This document shows, in pieces, positions 11,912 through 24,210 of a stretch of 64,000 bases of DNA (positions within the stretch are counted from its first letter, which is position 1; the number at the start of each line of letters is the position of its first letter). The stretch is from positions 190,973,555-191,037,554 of the forward strand of contig NC_068981.1 in the NCBI RefSeq assembly GCF_001194135.2, written 5' to 3'. Origin of the DNA: Octopus bimaculoides. Lineage: Eukaryota. The position numbers and the translations under genes were made by a program. The notes under the pieces were generated by a model. That model worked only from the letters and a program-made list of their open reading frames with translations. It ran no database searches and was not told the DNA's origin.

Positions 11912-12321
11912 GTCCAATATTTTAATTCCTGGTTTGTCCCCATTAATGGTGGTGGCTGGATCTACCTCAGTCTTACAGCAACCACTCTCACACCATCTCG
12001 CCATCTCACCCAGTTTTGGGCATCCACCCTCCTCGAGCTAACCTTCCCAATCTCCTCTTCCACCTGTCCCCTTCATGTTTTCTTTGGTCGACCTCGCTTT
12101 CACGGTACATTCACCTTAAACTCAAGCACTCTACTCAGAACATGATCTTCATCCCTTCTCAACACATGTCCTTACCACCGCACTCCATTCGCCCTTGCCA
12201 GCTGCTCCACCAATTCCTCCAACCCCAGCATCTTCATCAAGTCCTCAGCCCTCTTTTTATCCAATAGCTTCACACATTGCTCTTACCATTGCTCTCTCAG
12301 TCCTTCTCAAACTTGGCATTT

Positions 12322-12322
<1 letters not shown>
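11912..12322 (-). mobile_element. RTE-clade LINE, decayed 3' end of the ORF plus 3'UTR
   Basis: Minus frame LRRTERAMVRAMC..ANGVRW*GHVLRRDEDHVL..KRGRPKKT*; the RW.GHV.R and RGRP.KTW motifs are typical of RTE. Confidence 0.9.

Positions 12323-12323
<1 letters not shown>

Positions 12324-12378
<55 letters not shown>
12324..12378. repeat. (GA)n microsatellite
   Basis: Perfect run. Confidence 0.98.
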
Positions 12379-12384
<6 letters not shown>

Positions 12385-12412
12385 AAAAATACACCAGAAC
12401 AGAGGCATTGTT

Positions 12413-12443
<31 letters not shown>

Positions 12444-12483
12444 ATGTGTATATCACACAGGCTGTGTCATTCATTTCCAATAG

Positions 12484-12640
12484 TCTGCAAAAAGATGTCT
12501 AACCATAGGGAAATATTACCTCGCTTGGAAACAGATAAGGGTCGGCAACAGGAAGGGCATCCAGCTGTAGATATTCCTCAACAAATTCCATCTGACCTAT
12601 GCAAGTAGGAAAAATGGATGTAAAATGATGAGGATGAGTT
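12484..12640 (+). mobile_element. Beta-type RTE-like tail
   Basis: GGAAATATTACCTCGCTTGGAAACAG..GGAAGGGCATCCAGC..GATGAGGATGA. Confidence 0.8.
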
Positions 12641-13631
12641 TTCTATTGCCAATTATTTATATGGTTGCAGAAGTGATGTAGCATAATGCACATAAAAATA
12701 TTTTTAAACACATCAGAATTTAATTAGTTATTTTTGACTGCCATAGCAATCATTAGAAAATGCATCACATCTATTAATTTGCTATATGCAGAAGATGGGA
12801 TATATTTATCTATTCACATGCAAAAATACATATTTTTGTGGTTTGAGCTTCATATGCGCAAGACACACAGAAAAGACAGCAATTAAATTAATGCTGTTTT
12901 GCTGTTAAGTATTTTTTTTTGTTTGTTTGTTTTTTCCTCCATTGTGACCATCTTGGAGCATATGGCAAATCAACTTTATTGCAAATAAACTTTTTTAACC
13001 AGTTTATATTTGGAATTTCCTCAATAATTATCAATGGAATTGTCTGTAAAACTTAACCAATTCTGATTTTTTTTATTCAAATTATAAACGCTGTAATACT
13101 GTTATGCTTCTCTGAGAAAGAGTAACTATACATTCTTGAGATAATAATTTAAACAGATGTGCATTTTGTAAAATTGTAAAAGTTCAATTAATTTTACAAT
13201 TGTTGATATTAACATCTTTTACCCTCCAGATATATCTGGACAGTGAGGTGGGGAGGCATCATTCTGAATATCTGAGTGTTTATATATGTTGTGAGAATCT
13301 TTTGAAATTTTTGTTTCTCTATTGCTTACGAAAGACATCTAATCTTGACAAATTAAGAAATATTAAGATTGTTGCAATTATTTAGAGAAGTGTTTTGAAT
13401 GTTCTTATGCATATGCTGGTTATGGAAGCAGTGAAGTTTTGGTTTTCACTGTAACTCACCTTAATGTTATTTTTAGTTAAAGATTTTATGAAATCCTTAC
13501 TCCACAAGGAAACATGTATAGAGTGTTCCAACAACAGCAACGGTTTAATGTGTATGGAGGATTATACAAGGAAATATTGTTTCCTGTGTTTGCATTTTTC
13601 AGTATTACTACCGTTTTTTATATCAAATGTA

Positions 13632-13768
13632 TTTCCTTAAATTACACCTTACCGTCTTAAAAAAGGGGAAAAACAGTTTGGTTAATGTTGGGACAATTAA
13701 ATGCTCGAAGAATTTCATCCATTGGTCAGTTCAGCCAGAGCAAACATTGGGGACTAAACAACAACCAC
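13632..13768 (+). mobile_element. D SINE 3' part
   Basis: CACCTTACCGTCTTAAAAAAGG..GGGGACTAAACAACAAC. Confidence 0.55.
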
Positions 13769-14243
13769 CTTTGGAAAAATTTTAGAAAAACTACTTTATT
13801 CTGCATTTGTTCCCCTTAAGAAATTCCTTGTCATTCCAATAATAATATCATTTCCACAGACTTACAAATTTTTATATCTCAAAGATGCTGAAAGTTTTGG
13901 AAAATTGGGTAAATTTCTAAAATGGCATAAACCCAATTATCTATATACTCTTATTAAAACTGGTCAAATAATTCTATTGATAATGGCTCTTTGCTTTAGG
14001 AAATTAAATAAAACTTTTACGTAGTTGTAATATTCTGAGATGTACTACAAGTTTTATAGTTGAAGAGTTATTTCCCTAGCTGGACATTGTTCACAATGCA
14101 TGACAGCAAATGGGAGGATATAAATGGTGGTCTCCTGGAATGCAAGGGGAGGGGGTGACTGCTACAAGGTTCTCTGGTACAATTGCACTCAGACATTGAT
14201 ATGCGATATTCATTGCAGTATCCCTTCATCTGCAGACAGTATT

Positions 14244-14444
14244 CTTTTCTACTCTAGGTACAAAGCCCAAAATTTTGGGGGAGTGGTGGAGGTCAGTCGA
14301 TTAGATTGATCCCCAGTATGCAACTGGTACTTAATTTATCGACCCCGAAAGGATGAAAGGCAAAAGTCATTCTCGGTGGAATTTGAACTCAGATTGTAAA
14401 GACAGACGAAATACTGCTAAGCATTTCTGCCAGCTCGCCGCCTT
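14244..14444 (-). mobile_element. Head-B SINE with an approximately 21-bp flanking direct repeat (target-site duplication)
   Basis: CCTTCATCTGCAGACA(G/A)TATT at 14223-14243 and 14441-14461; small internal deletion in the head. Confidence 0.9.
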
Positions 14445-14626
14445 CATCTGCAGACAATATTGCCGAGATAGCAGCTTAGCTGGCATTTACTCATTGATGT
14501 GAACCTGTTCCTACCAGCTAAGAAGACATTCCAGTAGTCTCCTCAGCTTGCTTCTATTTCACCATCACCCACTTAAACTTTATATGTAGAATGTTTAATC
14601 TCATCCACTTTTAATTGGATTAATTC

Positions 14627-14636
14627 NNNNNNNNNN
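14627..14636. other. Assembly gap (10 N)
   Basis: N run. Confidence 1.
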
Positions 14637-15014
14637 GGTTTTTTTTTTTTTTTTTAATATTCATAGATTTATTTTTAATTTTTTAATTAGTGTTACATTT
14701 TATTTTGATAATATTCTCTGTCAAGCCTATATTATAATCCAAGGTGATGCAGGAATAGCTGATGTCTTCAATTGAATAACCTTAATGTCATTAGTATAAT
14801 TGTGTATAATTATATTAAGTCCAATCACATTCTGAAATGAATCTTTCCAAGTAGCTTGAAAAGTTTAATTATTGTTGAGAGTGTCTCAACAGAATATTGT
14901 GCTGTTACTGTTTAACTTACAGCAGCAACTATATTCTCATCTGTCAAAATTTAAGTCTATATTTTCTTTTTGCATGCATTGACTGTCTTTTTATTAGAGA
15001 GGGCACGACTCATA

Positions 15015-15184
15015 TGTATGGGCTGTGTGGTTAAGAAGCCTGCTTTGCAACCATAGGGTTCCAGGTTCAGTCCAGCTGCCTGGCACCTTAGGCAAATGTC
15101 TTCTACTATAGCTCCAGGCCAGCCAATGCCTTGTGAGTGAAAATGGTCGATGGAAACTGTGTAGAAACCAGTTTTTTATATCCA

Positions 15185-15222
<38 letters not shown>

Positions 15223-15445
15223 CAGACAGACAGATGTGTATTTGTGTTTGTCCCCCACTACTTGACAATTGGTTTGCTTACATTGATTTGTTTACAATTT
15301 TGTAACCTAGCTGTTCAGCAAAAGAGACTGCTAGAATAAGTACCTAACTTTAAAAAATAGGTACTGGGTTCAGTTTGTTTAACTAAACCCTTCATGACTG
15401 TGTCCCAGCATGACTGCAGTTCAGTGGCTGAATCAAACAAAAGAG
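15015..15445 (+). mobile_element. Head-A/alpha SINE, diverged
   Basis: Head, (TA)/(GA) linker and alpha tail all present. Confidence 0.85.
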
Positions 15446-16030
15446 GTGCTTAAACCAGTGTGTGAGCCCCTCAGTAAATACTAAGTATGCTAAAAATACT
15501 CCCTATGCTAAAAGGGGTTGTTAATTATCTGCCAAAATCACATCCTATCATCCTTATGAAAAAGACGAATGGAGATAAAGTAGTGCTAGGAACTCCAGGC
15601 AATGCTTGAAGATATTCTTAGCATTGAATCTCGTAAATTTATCTCAAAATTGTTGAGTTTTTTATCAGAAGCAGGAAAATGCTGGCATTTTTTTTTTTTT
15701 TTTAATGTCTGAATGAGTAACTACTGAAGCAAACAGAGTAAGGATAATAGACTTAGTGTTAGAAAAGAAGTGAATTGAGACTCATGAGGCGTATCTTAAG
15801 TAATCGCCTTTGATCTTGGCAGACTTGCTGTAATTCTTCTCTAAATAAGATTTTTTTAGTGAAATCTTTTTAGTTGTTTAACCTTTTCCTGGCCATATTT
15901 GTAGAAGTAAACTGATTTTGTGTTTCAGTTAATTTTGAAAATTAACAAAAATTTACCAGGAATTGCCGAACATTATGTTTATTGCTGGTGTTTGAATCAT
16001 TGACAGAGGATTTTATTTAAATATTAATAG

Positions 16031-16393
16031 GCATAGGTGTGGCTGTGTGGTAAGAAATTTGCTTCCCAGCTATATAGTTCTAGGTTCAATACCACTGCAT
16101 AACACCTTTGGCAAGTATCTTGTACTATAGCCCTGGGCCAACCAAAGCTCTGTGTGTGAATTTGTTAGAAGCAAACTGAAAGAAGACCATTGTATGTATA
16201 TATAAATATATATATATATTATATACATAAAAGCACCCACTACACTCTCGGAGTGGTTGGTGTTAGGAAGGGCATCCAGCTGTAGAAACTCTGCCAGATC
16301 AGATTGGAGCCTGGTGCAGCCTTCTGGCTTGCCAGTCCTCAGTCAAACCATCCAACCCATGCCAGCATGGAAAGCGGACATTAAATGATGATG

Positions 16394-16477
<84 letters not shown>

Positions 16478-16705
16478 TAGTATGTGTTACTGTCACCTTG
16501 GTTTGATATCATGTGATAGTTGCAAATGAGTGTCACCATCACACAAGCAGTACCTTTTATTTCCAGTATTCCATGAAAACATGTCTGGTTATGGGGAAAC
16601 AGGTGAGGGTTGGCAACAAGAAGGGCATCCAGCTGTAAATAAATCTACCTCATCAAATTCCATCTAACCCATGAAAGCATGGTAAAGTGGACATTAGAAC
16701 GGTGG
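16031..16705 (+). mobile_element. Head-A/beta SINE with a C element nested in its linker
   Basis: Head 16031-16200, C insert 16228-16395, (GT)n, beta body about 16490-16705. Confidence 0.75.
16228..16395 (+). mobile_element. C element, near consensus
   Basis: AAAAGCACCCACTACACTCTCGGAGTGGTTGG..CGGACATTAAATGATGATG. Confidence 0.9.
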
Positions 16706-17580
16706 CAGCAGAGGTGGTGAGCAACAACAACACTTTGAAATGAGAAGTGTTCTGTCATGAAATCACAATCGGTCTCTGGTGGATTTGGAATTAAACTGAT
16801 TAGACATTAACTCACAAAAGATTTCACCTTTCTCACTTTATATTGCAGTAACTAGAAATATAAGGCAACTTGATTTCATTTAGGTTTAGGCATTATTTCT
16901 TTTTTTCTCTAGCCCCCTGGCATGTTTGGGGACATTACTTTCTGGGTATAGTTGCTAATGCACTGACCTTGGAAAGGTGAAAGGAATTTGAACTCAGAAC
17001 CTGAAAGGACATAAATATCACCACCCATGGTAATACATTTACTGTCTTACACCATCCTGTTATCCAACCATTAGGTAGAATATAGGTTTTCTAAACAATG
17101 TCTAAAATGCTTGGTGCATGCAATAAATTCCTTTGAAGAAAATAGTTCCTGGTAATGATTGTATCATTGAATCCAATTTCTGATAATATTGATCTGAAAC
17201 TATGTTTTTTTTTTATTGTTGTTTTTTTGTAAGTGTGTGTGTGTGCGTGTGTGTATTTTAAATAAATTTTCAAAAGTATTGGAAACCTTAATTTGTTTCA
17301 ATTCTGTTTCTTATAATGGTAACAAGTACAGTACGTACATAATAATAATAATAATAATAATAATACTGAACAACAAATGAAGAAATTGGTTATTCAAATG
17401 TAAGGAATTTGTTCAGTATTACTACTTGGGTATGTATATACTTTTATAGCTTTCAGTTAAACAATAGCTCATGGATAAATTTCGGTTGATAGAAACTGTG
17501 TGGAAGTCTGTCTGCACTCCTCTTTCTGATATATAAATTTATATATATGTGTGTGTATGCATGTGTGTGTGTGTGAGCGC

Positions 17581-17632
<52 letters not shown>

Positions 17633-18263
17633 NNNNNNNNNNNNNNNNNNNNNNNNNNNNNNNNNNNNNNNNNNNNNNNNNNNNNNNNNNNNNNNNNNNN
17701 NNNNNNNNNNNNNNNNNNNNNNNNNNNNNNNNNNNNNNNNNNNNNNNNNNNNNNNNNNNNNNNNNNNNNNNNNNNNNNNNNNNNNNNNNNNNNNNNNNNN
17801 NNNNNNNNNNNNNNNNNNNNNNNNNNNNNNNNNNNNNNNNNNNNNNNNNNNNNNNNNNNNNNNNNNNNNNNNNNNNNNNNNNNNNNNNNNNNNNNNNNNN
17901 NNNNNNNNNNNNNNNNNNNNNNNNNNNNNNNNNNNNNNNNNNNNNNNNNNNNNNNNNNNNNNNNNNNNNNNNNNNNNNNNNNNNNNNNNNNNNNNNNNNN
18001 NNNNNNNNNNNNNNNNNNNNNNNNNNNNNNNNNNNNNNNNNNNNNNNNNNNNNNNNNNNNNNNNNNNNNNNNNNNNNNNNNNNNNNNNNNNNNNNNNNNN
18101 NNNNNNNNNNNNNNNNNNNNNNNNNNNNNNNNNNNNNNNNNNNNNNNNNNNNNNNNNNNNNNNNNNNNNNNNNNNNNNNNNNNNNNNNNNNNNNNNNNNN
18201 NNNNNNNNNNNNNNNNNNNNNNNNNNNNNNNNNNNNNNNNNNNNNNNNNNNNNNNNNNNNNNN
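17633..18263. other. Assembly gap (631 N) flanked by (TA)n and (CTT)n
   Basis: N run. Confidence 1.
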
Positions 18264-18554
18264 CCTTCTTCTTCTTCTTCTTCTTCTTCTTCCCTACCAA
18301 GAATTCACAACGACCTTGAACCCACAAGAGTAAACAAGAGACTCAGAGACAGGCAGTAACAAGGAAAATGCCCCTTGTATTTGAACACTATGCAAATACT
18401 CTTTTAAAAAAACTTTTCTTTTAATTTTTCCAAAATTTTATTGTTTTCCATAATTACAGTTGAAAAAGTCTCAATGACCAAAACCGGTACTAAAATGTTT
18501 TTTATAAAATTATTTTAGCATTTTCTATCTTGACTTCTTTTTTCCATATATATA

Positions 18555-18665
18555 TATACCCAAGGTGCAGCACAATGGGACAGAACTTCAAACCATGTGA
18601 TTGCAAAATGAGCTTCTTAGCCATTTCTGTGCTTCTTAACCATTTCTCAACCATATCTGTGCCCA
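18555..18665 (-). mobile_element. Head-A SINE fragment
   Basis: CCCAAGGTGCAGCACAATGGGACAGAAC. Confidence 0.65.
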
Positions 18666-19967
18666 TGGAATTATTTTCCAAAACTTCTGTCAGCCTTTAA
18701 CTATTATACAGTTTCTAGTCTGTTTCCTTTCCAATTCTAAATATGTCAGATGGTTGTTGGAATACATAATCTACTTGCAGCAAGCCCTCTAAACAGCCTG
18801 AAGTCTTCTAGTTAAGACTTCTCTGACTATTAGCTACTCTAATATTAATCATATTCCTTTGGTAAAACATAATTTTATATTATGAAGTACTTTTTCTGTT
18901 AGTATAAATCACAAAATTCTTGTTTAAATTAAGTGATTTAAATGATATTTAGCAAGTTGCCAGATAAATGGAAGTTTGACTTCAGTTTCTTTTAAGAAGT
19001 AGAATGAAAATGGTTTGAATAGCTTGGAACTTACTTGCACTTCTGTGAAATTTTCTTTGGGATTTACAGCAATACATTTCGTTTTACCTTCAGTTTTTTT
19101 CTTTTTTCTGGTTATATTTTCAATTAAAAGATTTGAAATTAAATAGTTTATTCAAGGAAACCAATCTCCAGAATTCTCTTCGTTAATGGACATAATTTTC
19201 TGATAATCTGTTTGAAAAGCAAGATTGATTATCTTCATATTTAAACTTTAGCAAACTTCTAAAATAATTAAATGGAAATAGATTTTTTACTTATTTGACT
19301 TAGAGATTTTTAAGCTATATTAAGATTTGTCATACAATTTGTTTAGAAATAATTTATTTCCAAATCTTCCAGATCAAAAACATTTATCTAATGTCTGATA
19401 AATCTAAATAATACTGTGTATTTTACATGTATCTTTTTAATTTATTAGAAGTAGTAAATTGGCTGAGTTATTAGTGTATTAGATAGAACTCCTTCTGACA
19501 TTTGTTTTGAATCTCAGCAATGATAGTTCAAACCCAGATAAGGTCAGCTTTATCATTTGTCCTTTTTCGATCACTAAACAAAACGTGATTCCAAAGTGGT
19601 AGATTGAAGCAATGCCATGAAGCAAGTGTTCTGGCCCTCAACATTCTGAGGTGAACTTTATTTTTCATCCTTTCAGGATTGATAAATATTGTACCATTCC
19701 AGTATGGTGGATGGGTGGAATTGTCAGAAGTAGAGACAGTTTGTGTTCTATTTCTTCACATTCTAATAGCAATCTCTGCAATGATGCTGTTGTCCTTGCC
19801 TTGGGAAGAGTTGGTGTCATGGCGTGGTGAGTGGAGACTTGCATGCATAGATATCTACTGGTTATCTTCAAAAGTTCTTGCTCAGACCTCACGGTCTATC
19901 TGTCATGAGCCCTAGGATTTAAAAATTGGAGCCCTACCAAGTTTCCATTGCATATAATTGATTGCGA

Positions 19968-20178
19968 CTACAACCCCCCCCCCCATTGAATGGGATGCTG
20001 GTCCATCACAGGGTTAACTTCTCAGCTATTGCTGGGACCCATATACAACTGAATGGACTGGAGCAACATGAAATTAATTGTTTTCCTCAAGAACACAGCA
20101 CATCACTTGGTCTGAGATTTGAAACCACAATATTATGATCATTCACACAACACCCTAACCACAAGGCCATGAGCCATC
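19968..20178 (-). mobile_element. E-like SINE (tRNA head, Meta-like core, CCCTGTGATGGAC tail)
   Basis: Minus strand TGTGTTCTTGAGGAAAAC..GCTCCAGTCCATTCAG..AACCCTGTGATGGACCAGCATCCC. Confidence 0.65.
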
Positions 20179-20322
20179 ACTTGTCCTGACCTGGTTGCTC
20201 TTTAAAGAGGAATTTTTCAGATGCAAGTCTGTGGTCCCACAAGACACATACAGTCCTCAGATTTTAAGAATTGTAGTTAAAATTAAAAACTTGGCTTTCT
20301 ATTTTCTTATCTGTTGCTTTAA

Positions 20323-20534
20323 CCCTTTAGTATTCAGATTATTCTGCCAAATCCAATTCTTATTTATTCATATTGTTTTGAATTAACCATGTATTTTTTC
20401 TTAGCTTTAAGATTTTGATGATGTGATTTTAGAATGATGTTGTAGGGTAGGTATGAGAGACCAGATTTGGCCAGTTTGACTATAAAGCAGGTAGAATATT
20501 TGGGCCAGATATAGTCAGTTGAAATGCTACAGGG
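20323..20534 (+). mobile_element. piggyBac-type MITE, family P1, with intact TTAA duplication
   Basis: TTAA|CCCTTTAGTATT..AATGCTACAGGG|TTAA. Confidence 0.9.
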
Positions 20535-20752
20535 TTAAGGTAGCAGGTTAGCAGATTCATTAGAACATTGGATATAATACTTGTGGTATTTCTTTCAGTT
20601 CTCAACAGTCTGAGATCAAACCCTGTCAGAGATCAACTTTATCGTTCATCCCTCCTGGGTCAAGAAAATAAAGTACATGCCAATGTACTCAACTAATTTC
20701 CTTCCCACCAAAATAGAGATGGTGGGGATATATATTTGATGAAGAAATAACA

Positions 20753-21140
20753 ATCTTTTATCTTTTACTTGTTTCAGTCATTAGACTTCGGCCATGCTGG
20801 GGTACTGCCTCGAAGAATTTTAAGTTGAAACTATCAACCCCAGTACTTATTTTCGGGGAGGGGGACCCCGCCCCATTTATTTTACCCGTCTGTTTTGCTG
20901 AACTACTAGTTACGGGGATGTAAACACACCAACACCAGTGTGGAGTACAACACACACACACACACACACACACACAAGATGGGCTTCTTTCAGTTTCTGT
21001 CTACCAAATCACTTCATAAGGTTTTGGTCGACCTCAGGCTATAATAAAAGACACTTGCCCAAGGTGGCCACACAGTGGGACTGAACCCAGAATTATGTGG
21101 TTGGGAAGCAAACTTTTTAACCACACAGCCATGCCTGCAC
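20753..21140 (-). mobile_element. Head-A/alpha SINE
   Basis: Full-length reverse complement with a (CA)n linker. Confidence 0.9.
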
Positions 21141-21709
21141 CTGATATGGAAGAGTAAATAGATTGTTCAGTGAATTTCATTGCTGGGTTTTGGAAAAAAG
21201 TGATATGACACAAACTAACGATCGAGGAATAAATATGTTTCCATATGATATAATTCAATTCACTGTTAAATGATATTTATCAGACATAGAGAAGTTTCTT
21301 TTTGCCTTTATTTTGCTTTCTCTCCCCAACCCCCTAACTTAAATATTTATGATAAAAGTATTACATTAGTTAATCATTATGTGGGTAATTATTAAAAAAT
21401 GAGTTCCATGAGTATTCAACTATGAAGGTAATATTTATCTGCTAGGAATGGGGAAAAGTTAATTTAGATTTTATATAGAAAGATTTAGATTTTATAAGAA
21501 AGATTACAATGAAGGTATAGAAAATAGAATGAGCATATACTGAAGGAAATAATGCTGAAACTACCCCACCCCACCAAACAACAATGGATTTATTTATCTA
21601 ATAAATAAAAACTGCTCTATTCAAAGATAGTATGCAGTTTCAGGAATGCAGATGTTATTGATAAATTATATAGTGATAGATCCAGGCTTTGTTATTAATA
21701 TGGTTTTAG

Positions 21710-21768
21710 GTGATGGAAGCAACATGGAAGATAACAAAGAAGAAGAAAAAATATCTGATTCCAGATAA
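21710..21768 (+). CDS. Candidate terminal exon (phase 1: xDGSNMEDNKEEEKISDSR*)
   Basis: TATTAAT..TTTTAG acceptor, GAA-rich body, unique sequence; another frame (VMEATWKITKKKKKYLIPDKISLTANS*) is also open. Confidence 0.3.
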
Positions 21769-22517
21769 AATTTCTCTTACAGCTAATTCATAAAAGATTC
21801 TCGTCTGCAGTTTAAGTTTTGGCTCATTGTCACAATAATCAATCAATAACACACTGCTGCACATCCTTGCACATTCCTCTGGAAATTGTAATTTTCTCTC
21901 AGCTGTATCATTCATTATGGTTATTTCTCTAATAACCTAACGTTGCCTTGCAATGATTGATTTCTGGTGACAAATTGCCAATTTTCATCATTTTGATATA
22001 TTAGTTAATTAGTATCTTACTATGCCTTTGGAAGGTTCTTAATACAAATTTAGCTCATCATTCTGGAGGTTTCTCTTTAAATTCCGATTATAGAGAAGGG
22101 TTATTACAGATATTAATCCTCCATTTAATGACAAAATATTGTGGCTGACTTGGTAAATCACTGCACTATTGACCAAAAGTTCACAAGTTCAATCTCTACT
22201 TTAAGCATTGCTCAGTACTTTTATTACTTGTCTCAAACCAACAAGGGAACCTCTACATAGCCACTCAGTCTGCTAGAAAAAGTATTATAAATTCCTCAGA
22301 TTATATCCAATGTCTCATTGAAGTGACACATTGGATGATGCTGTCCGAGGTTCACCATGTCTAAATAATAGCTTTAAACGGTTGTTGTTGGAGTGTCTTT
22401 TATCTTAGTTCTGCTTTGCCAATGATAACAGATATATCTTGTCATATCTACACTCAACTATTCCAATAACACTACTCAATATTATTATCATAAGTAATAG
22501 TAGTAGTAGTAGTAGTA

Positions 22518-22706
22518 GGCAGCAGCAGACTGGCAGAATTATTAGTGAGGGACAAAATGCTTAGCATTTTGATTTTTCAAATTCTATAGGCATCAGCTTT
22601 GCTTGTCATCCTTTCGGGGTTGATAAAATAAGTATCTGTCAAATTACTGAGTCAATGTAATCAACTAGCTAACCCTGCTCCCAAAAATTTCAGGCCTTGT
22701 GCCTTG
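22518..22706 (+). mobile_element. Head-B/gamma SINE, truncated by a LINE insertion
   Basis: CATCCTTTCGGGGTTGATAAAATAAGTA..AATTTCAGGCCTTGTGCCTT. Confidence 0.8.
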
Positions 22707-23093
22707 ACCAAGCCCTCATCAACTTTTTCGAGTTTCACTTGAAAAGGAAGTTGAGGGTGGAGAGGGAAGTGTTGCTCTGTAGCAAGTTTGTTGAAAGGTG
22801 GGTGAATGTTGGAATAATGACCAGTGTGAAAGGACCAATTCTGAGCATGCACCTGTAAAAAGGGAATCAAAGGAGAAAGGGCTCTTGCCCTATTGTTCAG
22901 ACACCCGTGGCTTTTGTGGAGTTTTCCACAAGGACCTTAAAGCACTTCCCCTATTGGGAATTTTTTATTTGTTCAATTGTTATTACATTATGTACACATG
23001 AAAACCCATTGTATTATCCTGTTTTTGTCTTTTATGTCGTTGTATGTCTTTTAATGTTTTGTATGTAAGCCCTTGTGGCTAATAAAATAATAA

Positions 23094-23125
<32 letters not shown>
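22707..23125 (+). mobile_element. 3' end of a Tx1/L1-like LINE (ORF2 C-terminus, 3'UTR, (TAT)n tail)
   Basis: 22709-22858 reads QALINFFEFHLKRKLRVEREVLLCSKFVERWVNVGIMTSVKGPILSMHL*, resembling Tx1-type C-termini as I recall them; AATAAA then (TAT)n. Confidence 0.65.
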
Positions 23126-23126
<1 letters not shown>

Positions 23127-23339
23127 GTGAGTGAGTTTATGTGCACACTCACCCATATATAATGCAGGAAAGCCTTAAATTTCCTTCCTACTCACTTCAC
23201 CCCAGCTTCCTCTCTAACCCCTGACACTACTCTTTTTCTCTCCTTTCTGTTACTCCCTTCCCTAACACTGTCTCTGTTACTAGGTCTACTTTCACCTTCT
23301 CACAACAATAAACCTGTTCCTTTCATTAACACAACCCAT

Positions 23340-23645
23340 GATTACCACCCCTTATTTTTTATTCTCCCTCTTTGTCATGGAGCATCTTTAGTCTTGAAAG
23401 TCACAAGGTGACCTCTCTCATGCTGGTGCAACACCACACAAAAAAGCAACCAGTACACTCTGCTGAGTGTAAGGATGGACGTCTGTCCTCACATTTCACA
23501 GTTCAAATTCTGCAGAAATTTGAAACCAATATTAGAATGAGTTCCAGCCATAGAAATTATGCCAAAACCGAGATGTCTTCCCAACTGCTGGATCCTGTTA
23601 AACTATCCAACTTATGCCAGCATGGAAAACAGGTATAAAATGATT
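23340..23645 (+). mobile_element. Degenerate C element with 3'UTR
   Basis: AAAAAGCAACCAGTACACTCTG..CCAGCATGGAAAACAGG. Confidence 0.65.
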
Positions 23646-23879
23646 TTACACACACGCACACACACACACATGCATATGCACGTGCACACACACATATGCA
23701 TGTGCACATGCACACACACAGGTGATAACACAAACAAAATTACAATACTCACTAATGTAGTGAGTGAAATATAGTTATTGACATAACCTCTTAATGATAA
23801 TGTATTTTAACATGAAGTTCCATATCCCAGAATCCTTGGTAACCATCAGATAATAAAAACAATCACATAAATATCAGCA

Positions 23880-24210
23880 ACATTTATGACTTGTTATTTT
23901 CAATGGTGTACAAAGTTTCTGGCATTGTATCAATGGCTTGAAGATATGGTAAGGGATCTAACTCATTACATATTAATATAGATTACTGAATTGCTTTTTT
24001 ATGAATCTGAAGTCACTTTCACCAAACCAAACCTTGACACGATGCGTAAACATTATGCCAGTGTTGTAACAGGTAAATTCAAGCATCAGTACTTCAATTT
24101 TATTTCTTCCTTCAGAGATGTAGAAAAAAGGGAATGGACAAAAGTATTTGGCTACATCTCAAATTTGAAAGAATGTTACTGCTTTCAACAACAAATAGAA
24201 GACCTCTGAA
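23880..24210 (+). pseudogene. Highly decayed RTE-like reverse-transcriptase C-terminal fragment
   Basis: ITELLFYESEVTFTK..KREWTKVFGYISN resembles LLYGSETWTLTK..RRL.WFGHV; in-frame stops. Confidence 0.35.

Noticed and set aside
13460-13660. Open frame FYEILTPQGNMYRVFQQQQRFNVYGG.. and a minus-strand GTGAGT donor
   Set aside because: No convincing donor on the plus strand; all minus frames have stops; no recognisable homology
23982-24072. Host exon ITELLFYESEVTFTKPNLDTMRKHYASVVT with AG/GT borders
   Set aside because: The frame continues on both sides with RTE RT-like motifs and stops, so a decayed LINE explains it better
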